A DNA stretch of 63,974 nt, filler included, from Octopus bimaculoides (Eukaryota), in NCBI RefSeq assembly GCF_001194135.2. It is 4 parts of 4 records of this genome, joined end to end, with 100 filler letters (N's around TTAATTAATTAA, not from the genome) between each part and the next. Parts side by side here need not be neighbours in the genome. Positions count along the whole stretch, not along the records: positions 1 to 26,212 come from NC_068994.1; 3 more parts are not named here. The stretch is one strand, 5' to 3'. The notes beneath the pieces were generated by a model. The model had not been told where the DNA came from and did no database searches. It was given only the letters and a program-made list of their open reading frames with translations. This document shows positions 1 to 11,733 of this stretch, piece after piece. The position numbers and the translations under genes are program-made. The number at the start of each line of letters is the position of its first letter. The stretch's first letter is position 1.

Positions 1-134
1 TATAAATGTATAAGAACTTTTAAATAAGTTCCACACCGATAATGGTGCTTACATACCGAAGGGCTTGGTAAAAATTATTAATTATTAATTTATTAATAAA
101 TTAATAAATTGATAATCCTTTACCTTTTTAATTG

Positions 135-169
<35 letters not shown>

Positions 170-1272
170 GTGTGTTTATGTGTGTGTATACATACATACA
201 TACATACATACATACATGCACATTAAGTCCAGTCCTCTAACTCGCCATTTACATTCACCTCCTTGTACTTGAGAGTACACCCAGCACATTTCCACATCAG
301 CCCCTCACTTTCTCTCTCTCCAGCTAAGGTAACCATGCATGTCCTCTACAGTAAGACATCTGTTTCTCTCTGTGTATCATAGTTTAACCTCTCATCACCT
401 GGTATAAAGCCACTTTTACTCAATACTACTTTCCACCTCAGCTGAGGGATCTTTGTCTTCCAAGTTACTTGGTGACTTCATTGGTGCCAGTGCCACAAAA
501 AAAAATTAAAAAATAAAGCACTCAATACACTCTGTAAAGAGATTGGTGTGAGGAAGGACATCCAGCCATAGAAACCATGCTAAAACACTCAGTAGAGCTC
601 TGGCACAGTCGTCAGTCTTGCCAGCCTCTGTCAAACCGTCCAACTCATGTTGGCATGAAAAGTGGACATTAAAGGATGATGATGATGATGATGATGATAC
701 ACATACACACACATGTAGGGAACAGTTTTTCTTTTATGCATGTTTCATTAAATACATGACTAGGTTCAAGTTTAAGCTCGGTTAATTTACACTTTTCTCA
801 TATTTTCTTATTAGCTTTCTACAGTTGCTTTGAAACAAACCTACCGTAGAAATCATCATCATCATCATCATCATCATCGTCATTGTTTAACATCCGCTTT
901 CCATGCTAGCATGGGTTGGACGATTTGACTGAGGACTAGTGGACCAGGAGGCTACACCAGGCTCCAATCTGATTTGGCAGAGTTTCTACAGCTGGATGCC
1001 CTTCCTAACGCCAACCACTCAGAGAGTGTAGTGGGTGCTTTTACGGGCCACCGGCACGAGGGCCAGTCAGGTGGTACTAGCGATGGCCAAAACAAACTAT
1101 AAAACTTGAATGGCATAGCTGTGTGGTAAAAAGTTTGCTTCGCAACCACATGGTTCCAGGTTCAGTCCCACTGTTAGGCACCCTGGGTAGGCGTCTTCTA
1201 CTAAAGTCTTGTGCCAACAAGAGCCTTGTGAGTGGATTTGGTAGACGGAAACTGAAGCCCATCATATGTGTT

Positions 1273-1313
<41 letters not shown>

Positions 1314-1616
1314 ATATATAATATTTGTGTGTACATCTTTGTGTCCAACCACCGCATGACAACCGATATTGGTGAGTCTATATCCCCATAACTTAACAGT
1401 TCGGCAAAAGAGGCTGACAGAATAAATACCAGGCTTAAAAGAAAAATGAATACTAGGGCCAATTAGTCCTACTAAAATTCCTCAAAGCAGTGCCCTATGC
1501 ATTTAATAACACACACACACACACCCATCTAGTATTTCAAAAAATACACATGCATACACAAATGTACAAACAAAGATCAAAAAGCATTTTGAGAAAAAGA
1601 GGAATGGAATACTTAC

Positions 1617-1845
1617 CACACGGAGGGGAGAGTATTTCGTTGTTCTCCTTACACCAGCCGACTGCATGGATATAAGGTGAAGTGGGGTCACACCAGTAGT
1701 CGTACGCATCCTCCCAGCCATCAAAGTGTATCAAGATGCGGTCGCCCAATACGTCAGCCACTGTTGCCACACATATCAAGCTTGTGTTTTTCTTGTCGAC
1801 TGCCTCCAGTTTCATCCCTACACGGAAGAGGTTCGGCACAATGGG
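1617..1845 (-). CDS. L3MBTL: L3MBTL exon, MBT repeat 2 core; the gene continues left of the window
   Basis: gatcccttccag|CCC ATT GTG...CCG TGT G|gtaagt; FRVGMKLEAVDKKNTSLICVATVADVLGDRILIHFDGWEDAYDYWCDPTSPYIHAVGWCKENNEILSPPC. Confidence 0.96.
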
Positions 1846-2144
1846 CTGGAAGGGATCAAATGGTAACAGTCAGATTCAGGAACAATTACGGAATTATTAC
1901 AGATGTATAAAGCAAGAAGAGTTGGATAGAAGCGTGTGCATGTGTGTATCAGTCACATAATCACAGTGATCACGCTCGGACGGTGCTGTTAGCGCTCCAC
2001 TGGCACAGGTGCCAGTCATCGAATTTGGTTCAATTATGATTTCGATTTTGATTCAGGACTGAAATAATTAAAGCATACATACTCAAACACTATTTCATTG
2101 AAGTGGTTTTAACAAAGCTCTCGTCCTCCCTCAGCCCCACTTAC

Positions 2145-2239
2145 CTGTGTATGAAGATTTACAAATAAGTGTTTTGGTGCCGCAAAGGCTTTGGCATGTT
2201 TCAGGTAACCGGACCAAACAAATGACTCAGAACTGAAAC
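2145..2239 (-). CDS. L3MBTL: L3MBTL exon, arm of MBT repeat 2 (not in the ORF track)
   Basis: ttatatttcag|GT TTC AGT...ACA CAG|gtaagt; GFSSESFVWSGYLKHAKAFAAPKHLFVNLHTQ; 95 nt, phase 1 to phase 0. Confidence 0.93.
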
Positions 2240-2555
2240 CTGAAATATAAAATAAATAGCAAGGAATATACACAAAAATCTATGCAGAGTGAAATTTGTT
2301 GTCGATTGAGCACATAGATTAATTAAGGTTTCCATTAATGAAAACTTTTGCTCTTTACTGCAGCCCGACAAACATAACTCTTAAATTTCTTTAATCATCA
2401 TAGATATGGCGGTGTGGTAAGAAACTTGCTTCCTAACCGCATGGTCTTGGGTTCGGTCCTACTGAATGGCACCTTGGTAGAGGTGTTCTACTATAGCCAC
2501 AGGCTGACCAAAGCTTTGTGAGTAGATTTGGTAGACAGAATTTGAAAGAAGCTTC

Positions 2556-2623
<68 letters not shown>

Positions 2624-2630
2624 ATGCACG

Positions 2631-2665
<35 letters not shown>

Positions 2666-3275
2666 CTCCTTGAGTAAGTATCTTCTATATAGCCCTGGGC
2701 TGAACAAAGCCTTGTGAGTGGATTTGATAGACAGAAACTGAAAGACACCAAGTGTGTGTTTGTCTGTGTGTGTGAGTGTGTGTGTCTGCATGTGTGAGTG
2801 TGAATGTAAGTGTGAATGTGTGTAAGTGTGAGTGTCTGTGAATGAGTGTGAGTGTGAAAGTGTGTGTGCATATGTGCATGTGTGCATATGTGCATGTGTG
2901 CATATGTGCATGTGTGCATGTGTGCATCTACGTGTGTGCATGAGTGTCTGCATGTGTGTGCACTTCACTTTGATACCATGTGATAGCTTTAAACGAGCAT
3001 CACCATCACACAAACAGTGTCATTCCTTTTCAATCTTCTGACAAAAAAAATGATAGCCAGGTGTAAGGGTGGTTGACAGGAAGTGCATCCAACCATAGAA
3101 AATCTGCTGGAATAAATTGCATCTGACTTATGCAAGCAAGGAAAATATGCAAGCTCTCTTCATTGGCTTAAAACAAAGAGTTAAAAACACGAAGTACATA
3201 CAGAAAGATATTGCATGTAAAAGAAATGACTGCAAGTTAAAAATAATAAATATGGAATTACTTTGTAAGACAAAC

Positions 3276-3510
3276 CTTTTGGGGGTTGCAAAACACGGCC
3301 ATTCTTTTCACACCAACCAACAGGGAAGATGAACGATGAATCAGCGTTGACCCAGAAGTCATAACATTCTGAATAACCATCAAAGTGTAACCGAATTCGG
3401 AACCCTCTTACCTCAGCAACACTGAGAACACAATAAAGAGACTGATGCTTTGGATCTATGCCTTCTAACTTCATACCAATTTTGAAACCATTCTTCAATG
3501 CAGGAAAGGG
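3276..3510 (-). CDS. L3MBTL: L3MBTL exon, MBT repeat 1 core
   Basis: tccattccag|CCC TTT...CCA AAA G|gtttgt; NGFKIGMKLEGIDPKHQSLYCVLSVAEVRGFRIRLHFDGYSECYDFWVNADSSFIFPVGWCEKNGRVLQPPKG. Confidence 0.96.
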
Positions 3511-3972
3511 CTGGAATGGAAACAAAAAGGAATTAATAGACAGGTAACCAATAATAAAAGGGAGCAAAAATTAATTCTATAATCAATAGATGCAAGTGTG
3601 GCGAAGCGGTTAAAAAGTTTGCTTCCCAACCACATGGTTTTGGGTTCAGTCACAAGACAATCAGAGACAGACCAATGGAAACAGAATAGAGACAGAAATA
3701 TAACAGGAGATGAAGTTAATAACCTAGATCGTCAAAAGAATTACATCTTGACATGGTGATAAGGTGGTTCCATAAATATGAAGAAGAATATTAACACTTC
3801 AGTATTCTGATTATTCTATCAAATGTAATGCTTATTTATTCACTTTTAAAATAACATTGTAGCGTAGATTTAAAAAGCCAGGTTTGGCTGGTTAGAACAT
3901 AAAATAGGCAGTTATTTGGACTTGATATGGTTGGTTTAAATGCTACAGGATTGAAGTACATCAAAAGCTTAC

Positions 3973-4058
3973 CTCTTTAAAAAGTTTGGTCGGTGCCCCT
4001 ACAGCATTCTCTTGATCCAAATACTGAGCCCAGGTAAAAACTTTTGATTTCTTTCCAG
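3973..4058 (-). CDS. L3MBTL: L3MBTL exon, N-terminal arm of MBT repeat 1
   Basis: tttgtttttag|CT GGA AAG...AAA GAG|gtaagc; GKKSKVFTWAQYLDQENAVGAPTKLFKE fits the MBT W..YL...A..AP..LF motif. Confidence 0.92.
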
Positions 4059-5210
4059 CTAAAAACAAAAAGAAAAAAATGTAGATGAAATATTACACTT
4101 TCTCTCGTATTTTACACTTCTCTACTCCTCATTCCCCTAACATAAAGCTCCTACTCTTCACTTGGGGATCATAGTCTTGCAACATGCATGGCAACTCTAC
4201 TAGTGTTGGTGAAATGGAAAAAAGCACCCAGTATATTCTGTAAAGTGATTGGTATTAGAAAGGGAATCTGACTGTAGAAACCATATCAAACAAACACTGG
4301 AGCAAGGTGCAGTCCTTTAACCCATCAGATCCTGTCAAACCGTCCAACCCATGCCAGCATGGAACACAGATGTAAAATGATGAAGATACAATCTCTCTCT
4401 TTAGCACAGTCAATTACGATGACAGCCTGCTCATGAAATTAATGTGCAAGTTGCTGCTGAGCATTCCACAGACACATGAACCCTTAACATAGTTCTGAGG
4501 GAGATTCATCGCGACACAGAATTTGACAAGATTGGCATTTGAAATACAGGTACTACTCACTTTTTTTTCCAACTGAGTGGACTGGAGCAACATGAAATTA
4601 AGTGTCTTGCTCAAGGACACAACACGTCACTGGAAATCGAACTCACAATCACAAGCCAAATAGCTATGTTTTTATCTTGCCACTAGCACTATTGCGGTCA
4701 CCATACATCTTACAAGACTGCAAACCCCAAGGGAGGGGATATATAATTTATCATTCTACTATTAGTGGGATAAAGAAAAAAAGAAATGTACTTCATGCAG
4801 TGAGAGATAAATATCATTTAATACACATAGGATTTGAATATGAGCTACTATTAGTTTCATGCAGTAAAAAAGGAGATAAACAGGCTAGGCCTTATATATT
4901 AATGCATAGATTTGAGTCTGCAAGATTGCTTGGAAACACAAGGTTTGATATATAAGCTTGTCAGTTTATTAGGTTTTCACAGCATGAAACTAGTAATAGC
5001 TTGTATACTGTATACTGTAGATATTGGTTTCAAATTTTGAAACAAGGCCAGCAAGTTCAAGAGAGAGATAAAATTGCCCACATCAACTCCAGTGCTCAAT
5101 TGGTACTTATTTTATCGACCCCCAAAAGGATGAAAGGCAAAGTCAACCTTGGCAGAATTTGAACTCCAAAGTAAAGATGGACAAAATACGCCCTGCATGC
5201 TAACGATTCT

Positions 5211-5438
5211 TATTTCGTTATTGCCCACAAGGGGCTAAACATAGAGGGGACAAACAAGGACAGACAAAGGGATTAAGTCAATTACATCGACCCCAATGCG
5301 TAACTGATACTTAATTTATCGAAGCCGAAAGGATGAAAGGCAAAGTCGACCTCGGCGGAATTTGAACTCAGAACGTAACAGCAGACGAAATACTGCTAAG
5401 CATTTCGCCCGGCGTGCTAACGATTCTGCCAGCTCGCC
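5211..5438 (-). mobile_element. SINE family B, full-length copy (tRNA-like head GGCGAGCTGGCAGAA, B-box GAGTTCAAATTCC, central GTCGACTTTGCCTTTCATCCTTTCGG domain)
   Basis: Other copies approx: 5020-5205-, 9835-10033-, 21735-22070+, 31770-31975-, 37045-37200-, 41543-41760-, 46440-46620-, 49868-50455+, 55028-55397, 62555-62670+, 63088-63277-. Confidence 0.85.
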
Positions 5439-5550
5439 ACCAGCATGCTAACGATTCTACCAACTCACAGCTTCAAAGACTTATATACCCAAACCTATGC
5501 GTATTATTGATAAAATATATAAAAAATCAATATCAATGCTTAAAACATAC

Positions 5551-5750
5551 CAGCTATGGCAGTGATAGGCTTCTTCACCTCTTCCTCTACTTTCTCTTGT
5601 TTGACAACAACAGGCTGTTTGCAGTTACTGTCACACTTAATGACAGCTTGCTTATTATTATCGCATGCGTTGCCCTGACTTAGAACCAGCTTTCGTTTCT
5701 TCTTCCTCTCTAAACATTCATCCTTCTCTGATATGGAGCGTTTGAGTTTG
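5551..5750 (-). CDS. L3MBTL: L3MBTL exon with basic NLS-like cluster (RKKKRK)
   Basis: ttttttaacag|C AAA CTC AAA CGC...ATA GCT G|gtatg; 200 nt, phase 2 to phase 1. Confidence 0.85.
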
Positions 5751-6455
5751 CTGTTAAAAAAAAAAAGAAAAAAGAAAAACAAGCATTTTGAAAAACTATT
5801 TTTTTAAAAAATAACATTTTGAAAATACATAAATGGTTTTGTTTACGTTTGCATATTTACTTAATTTTTCCAGTTTCATCATCGTTTGAATGTCCACTTT
5901 TCCATGCTCGCATGGGCCAAACAAAATCTGCCTCGGCAGATATTCCACAGCTGAATGCCCTTCCTGTCACCAACCCTTAATAGTTCCCAAGTAAGGTAAT
6001 ATTTCCCTTTGACTAGACATGCTTTCACGGAAGATTCAAAATTAAGGAAACTGACTGCATGATGGTAACATTCATTTACAACTATCATGCAATGCCAAGG
6101 CCAGGAGGCACTAACAGACAGACACATACACATCTATAGCTCTTCTCCAGGTAGAATTCATGCTTGAAAAGTAGATGTTAAGATGATGATGATGAATAAT
6201 GATATAAGACTGAGGTAGATGTTAAGATGATGATGATGAATAATGATATAAGACTGAGGTAGATTTTCTACAGCTAGATGCCCTTTCTGTAGTCAACTCT
6301 CACTTTCCAAGCAAGGTAATATTTCCACCCCCATGGTCAAACATATTTTCTTGTCTGACACTGACACTCATTTACAACTATAACACCATGTCACAAACAA
6401 ATGTAAACAGACACACCACCACCACCATCATCATTTGTTTTATAATAATACTTAC

Positions 6456-6516
6456 TATTTACAATTTGAACACTGGCAATTCTCACTGCTATCTTTCCTT
6501 GAGCATTTACTCAAAT
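6456..6516 (-). CDS. L3MBTL: L3MBTL small Cys-rich exon (not in the ORF track)
   Basis: ctctttattctctccag|AT TTG AGT AAA TGC...TGT AAA TA|gtaagt; 61 nt. It bridges phase 1 of the upstream exon to phase 2 of the downstream exon; DLSKCSRKDSSENCQCSNCK(Y). Confidence 0.8.
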
Positions 6517-7164
6517 CTGGAGAGAATAAAGAGAACAGTCTTAAAACTTAATAAAATTTGTGATTAATAACATGGATGTGTCAAAATTACTACTACCAAA
6601 CGTACAGGACCAAAAACTATCATAAATTATCATAAATTATCATAAAACTGTATCACCATACTCAGTTTTCAAATACATAATCTATTAAGCTCATGGTTTT
6701 ATTACCCAAATATAAGCCTTACCATAGCAGTTGGACTGACCCCAAAGTTACATAAAATCAATTGTGGTCAAGATTAAGCAAGAGTGCCCTTAACCCTTTT
6801 AGCATTCAGATTACTATGACAAATGTAATGCTTATTTATGCACATTGTTTTAAATTAATTATGCATCATCTCATCATAGCTTCAAAATTTTCAATGACTG
6901 CATCGTCATTTAATGTCCACCTTCCATGTAGGCACAGGTTGGATGGTTTGACAGGAGCCGGCCAGGTAGAAGACTACCCCCAGGCTACTGTGTCTGTTTT
7001 GGCGTGATGCTCTTCCTAACACCAACTACCCCACAGAGTGGATTGAGTGCTTTTTACGTAGCACCAGCACAGGTGACATCAGTTTTAACATGGATTTTAC
7101 AGCTGGATGCCCTTCCAAATGCCGACCACTTTACAGTGTGGACTGTAGATAGAAACTGTATGGA

Positions 7165-7612
7165 AGTTTGTTGTATGCGTGTGTGTGTGTGTGTTTGCAT
7201 GTTTGTGTGTGCTTATGTGTGTGTGTTCACATGTTTATGCATATGTGTATGTGTTCATGCATGTGTGTGCGTTTACGTGCATGTGTGTGCATATTTATGT
7301 GCATATGTGCATTTCTGCATTTGTGCATGTGTTTGTGTCTGAGTGCGTGTGTTTGTGTGCATGTGTATGTGCATGTGCATGTGTTTATGTGTATTGTTTA
7401 TATTATGCATATGTTTATATGTGTGTGTGTTTGTGTGTTAATGTTTGTGGTTATATGTGCGCATGCACATGCACTTGTGTGAGCGGGCGCTTGTGTGCAC
7501 GGGTGCTTGTGTACGCGTGTGCTTGTGTGTGCGTGTGCTTGTGTGTGTATGTGTGTGTGTGCTTGTGTGGGTGTGTGTGTTTGTGTTTATATGTGTGTGT
7601 GTTTTTATGTGT
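7165..7612. repeat. Degenerate (GT/ATGT/GCAT)n microsatellite
   Basis: Seen directly; similar tracts at 2557-2960, 32225-32510, 32935-33060, 51370-51562, 59225-59450, 59750-60032 and 61050-61281. Confidence 0.95.
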
Positions 7613-7822
7613 GTGTCCACCAAGGTTTGACAACCAATGTCGGCATGTTCTCATCACCTGTAACTTAATGGTTTATCAAAAGAAATTGATAAGATACCAA
7701 ACTTAAAAATAAATGCTAAAGTTAATTTGCTCCACTAAATCTTTCGAGGCAGTTCCACGACATAACTGCAGTCCAATAACAAGACAGATAAAAAAAAAAA
7801 TTCAAGATATGGAACAACATAC

Positions 7823-7982
7823 CGTTACATTCAGGGTTCGTTGTACTGGAATCTGGTTTGCTGCTCGTGTCTGTATAGGCACTGTCAGCACTACCTGGGT
7901 CACTGCTAGTCTCCATCGTCTCCACACACTCGAGATCACTGTCTTTTACAATTTCCATTATGCCGAATTCATTCAATTGAAA
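7823..7982 (-). CDS. L3MBTL: L3MBTL exon
   Basis: gtatgtaatag|TTT CAA TTG AAT GAA TTC GGC (FQLNEFGIMEIV; cf. FRVNEFGALEVI in L3MBTL3)...AAC G|gtatg; 160 nt, phase 0 to phase 1. Confidence 0.9.
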
Positions 7983-8364
7983 CTATTACATACAAAAAAA
8001 AACGACATTTAAAATATGTATGTATATATCATCCTCATAATTTAACATGTGTTTTCCATGCTGGCATGGGTTGGACGGTTTGACAGGAGCTGACCAGCTG
8101 AAGGGCAGTTCAGGTTCCATGTCTGTTTTGGCATGGTCTCTATGGCTGGATGCCCTTCCTAACACCAACCACTTTACAGAGTGTATTGGGTGCCTTTTAC
8201 ACAGCACCGGCACGGGTGCTTTTGACATGGCACCAGCACTTACAAGCCTGCAAGATTAGGAACACTCAGCTGGAGAGGGTTGCAAGAGACAAGCCTGTAT
8301 GCCAGGTCAACCACATTTTTACTTAGCATCATGGTGCGTCTTTTCCACCACAGCAAACCGCCAG

Positions 8365-9277
8365 GCATCTCACTCCCCCTGACATCTTGTAGAGCTCAAC
8401 AAGGATGCCCTGCAAACCGTGGTGGAACAAAATTCCATTGTAACTGTTGAGGAACTAGCAGAGAAGCTTGGATTTGATCATTCAACCACTCATTGACACT
8501 TGCATGACATTGGAAAAGTCAGCAAATTGGATCAATAGGTTCCTCACAAACTTTCCGAGTCTAATCGCACGCAGTGAATGAATGTGTGCTCTTCTTTGCT
8601 GTCACGTCTCACAAATGAGCCATTTTTGGACCGAACAGTGACTGGTAACGAGAAATGGGTTCTCAAAAAAAACATTAAGCACTGAAGACAGTAGGTAGGG
8701 AAAGGGGAAACACTGGCACCCCAGGCTAAAGGAGGTCTTCACCCACGTAAGGTATGTTATCTGTTTCGTGGGATATGAACGGTTTAGTCCATTTGAACTT
8801 TTAAGCCCAAACCAAACGATAACAAAGGAGATCTACTGCGAGCAGATCAAGTGACTTAAGAAAAACAACCGCCTTTGGTTTCAAGACAAAAGGTGTTTTT
8901 CCATCAGGATAGTGTTCGGCCACATACAGCAAGGATGGCATTCCAAAGACTGGAGCTGTCTGAATGGGAAACAATGTCCTAACCACCATATTCGCCGGAC
9001 ATTGCCCCATCTGATTTTCATTTATTCCACAGTCTTCAAAATGATTTGGACGGAAAAAATAAGAATTTCTATAGATGAGGTCAGAAAAGTACTGGAGGAG
9101 TATTTTTCGTCACAGACAAGTAAATTTTGGAAGGGAGGCCTTGCAAGTCAACCAGATAGATGGAAGAGCATCGCAGAAAGTGATGGAGTGTATATTTTAG
9201 ATTAAAAAAGAAGTTTATCTTAATTTTGAAAACTAAAAGAAGTATAAAAAAACCACATTATTTATGGGATGACCCTA
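8365..9277 (+). mobile_element. Decayed, 5'-truncated mariner (D,D34D) transposon in an L3MBTL intron
   Basis: Fragments LDRTVTGNEKWV, FHQDSVRPHTA and PYSPDIAPSDFHLF, with many stops and frameshifts; ORF ends at TAA 9205; right TIR ...cattatttatgggatgacccta followed by TA. Confidence 0.92.
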
Positions 9278-9391
9278 TATATATGTATATATATATTATC
9301 GTCATAATCATCATTAAATCTCCACACTACCATGCTTGCATGGGTCATGTGATATTTGTTGAAGCAGATTTTCTACGGTCAGATGCCCTCC

Positions 9392-9522
9392 AAACTTGAA
9401 ATCTTGGAGTTAGCCTGCACTCTTAACCATATGCCCGTGGGCATATGGCATAGTGGTTAACAGCACAGGCTACTAACCCCAAGATTCCGAGTTCGATTCC
9501 AAGCAGTGACCTGAATATTAAT

Positions 9523-9563
<41 letters not shown>

Positions 9564-9602
9564 CAACAACAACAACATCGAAAAATACCTTANNNNNNNN
9601 NN

Positions 9603-9635
<33 letters not shown>

Positions 9636-9830
9636 CAACAACAACATCGAAAAATACCTTAGGAATGAGAACCCAGGTTCGAAATTTTCCCAAGACACCT
9701 GATGATGGCTGGAGGGTATATCAGCCGAAATGTTGTGTTGGCAACAAACAAGATGAGGACAAATATCCATCAAATGTAAATAATGTAAACAATGTACATA
9801 ATTCCTCATCTCTCAAATATAGAACTGAAT
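9392..9830 (+). mobile_element. SINE family E (tRNA-like head with an inverted partial head, (AAT)n(AAC)n middle, Penelope-like tail)
   Basis: gggcatatggcatagtggttaa...gagttcgattcc head; cctgatgatggctggagggtatatcagccgaaatgttg tail; partial copy at 43690-43930. Confidence 0.7.
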
Positions 9831-10159
9831 AATAATAATTTCAAATTTTGACACAAGGCCAAGTAATCTAAGGGGAAGGGGTAAGTCAATTACATTGACC
9901 CCCCCAGTACTCAACTGGTACTTATTTTACTGACCCTGAAAGGATGAAAGGTAAAGTCGACCTCGGCAGAACTTGAACTCAGAACATAAACACGGATGAA
10001 ATGCTGCTAAGCATTTTGCCCGGCATGTTAACGATTCCGTCAGCTCACCCCCTTAATAATAACAACAACAATAATAATAACCATAACAACAAATATAATA
10101 ATAATAATAATAATCATAATAACAACAAGTGATAATCAAAGGTTTCTGATTTGTCTCAC

Positions 10160-10685
10160 CTTTATATTGCTACCTGGAAGCGTGGCTATACCATTTTCCC
10201 AGTCGAGGCTGTTGACTGGGTCATTGTCAGGTTCAATCTTTATTTTGGGACCAGTAGTGAGCTCCTCCACTTTGTCAGCCACACTCCCGCCAGTGTCAGC
10301 AGCTTTAGGGGGTATGTCCGTCGTGGTGTCTGGCTGGGCCTGAGTCTGAGATTGAGGAGGCTGGACTTGGACTGGGTTCTGGGATTGGACTTGAACAGAA
10401 GCTTGGATTTGGGTTGGGGCCTGTGGATGTAGCTGGACTTGAGCTGGTGGTGGAGGTGGTGGCGGTGGCGGCGGCGGGGGNNNNNNNNNNNNNNNNNNNN
10501 NNNNNNNNNNNNNNNNNNNNNNNNNNNNNNNNNNNNNNNNNNNNNNNNNNNNNNNNNNNNNNNNNNNNNNNNNNNNNNNNNNNNNNNNNNNNNNNNNNNN
10601 NNNNNGGAGTTGGAGTTGGGGCTGTTGAGACTGGGATTGGGGTTGAGCCTGCAGCTGAGGCTGTGGTTGTGGCTGTTGTTGTTGT

Positions 10686-10717
<32 letters not shown>

Positions 10718-11733
10718 TTGGGACGGCTGGGACATTGTTGCAATGATGGGGTTGGAGAGAGAGGTAACTATTTGCATAGGAACAGAAGCAGATCCTGGAT
10801 GAACCATTTGAAGTGGGGTGGCAGCAGAGCTGCTATTGACTGCTCCCTGCAGCGACGGAACGGTGGACAACTTCTTGGTGTTGGCAGAAGTGGAAGCGAT
10901 TGAAGAAGCCACCCTCATTACAGGAGCCGTCGTCGTTAGCGTGGTCACAACATGAATGGGTGTCGTAACAGCCGGGCCAATCATTCTTATGGAGGGGGCA
11001 GTTGAATTGTTCAGCGCAAAAGTAGTGGTACTACTTACAGGAACCATATGGATGGATGGGTGGTTTGTGGTGGGAACATTAGGAAGCATATGAACATGAG
11101 TTGCTGTCGTGGAGGGCTTTTTGTGTCCGGTTGCCAAAGTGCAACTGGGAACCATATGAGCAGTAGCTGTGTTTGCATTGGCCAGCTTATGGACAGGTAA
11201 ACTGTTGCTACTGGTGACAAGATGCTTGGAGGTCATCTGTATCGGAACAGACGTAACTGTGATCGGAAGCGTGTGTGCAGTTACAGACGACGATATCGAG
11301 ACCTTTGACATTTCCTGCAATTTGTCTTTACTCTCGTTGTTGGCCTGTTTCATGGGAGCCGGTACAGCTTGAACAAGGTTGGCGGTCATCGTTGACTGAG
11401 AAGTGGAATTCACGGTCTGCATGATGGCGGGAACCAGTGTGTGACTAACATGGGTCACTCCAGATATGTCTGGCTGAATCCGAATCGGCTGTGGTCCATG
11501 CTGAGCTGCTGCAACAGCGTGACGGTTTGGTGCCATGCCAACTGTCACAGCCTGCCCCTGTTTCACAGTAAGCGAGTTTTGCATAGCAGCATTGGATGAC
11601 ATAATGCTAGGAGCACGGAACTGAAGAGCTTGCGCATTGGATATCTTCAGTGGCAGAGTGACACCTGGTGGCAAGGTGGCAACTTGGGACGTTCCAACTG
11701 GACTGATTAGATTTCCTATGTTACCAATATGAC
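10160..11733 (-). CDS. L3MBTL: L3MBTL giant low-complexity exon (T/S/P/A/V-rich, Q16, poly-P; contains a 125-N gap)
   Basis: ttcttcttggcag|GT CAT ATT...ATA AAG|gtgag; open over about 1.57 kb. Ends with SLDWENGIATLPGSNIK, matching the (V)MDWKDGxxTLPGSxLK motif of L3MBTL proteins. Confidence 0.9.

Noticed and set aside
6723-6735. Good donor (G|GTAAGG) after ...SNCYG, reminiscent of an FCS-finger CYG
   Set aside because: An in-frame stop lies just upstream, only a 13-nt exon would be possible, and the gene model is already phase-complete.
8365-9277. Domesticated mariner (SETMAR-like) fusion with the chromatin gene
   Set aside because: It is antisense to the host gene, 5'-truncated, has multiple stops and frameshifts, and the first catalytic D is mutated to N.
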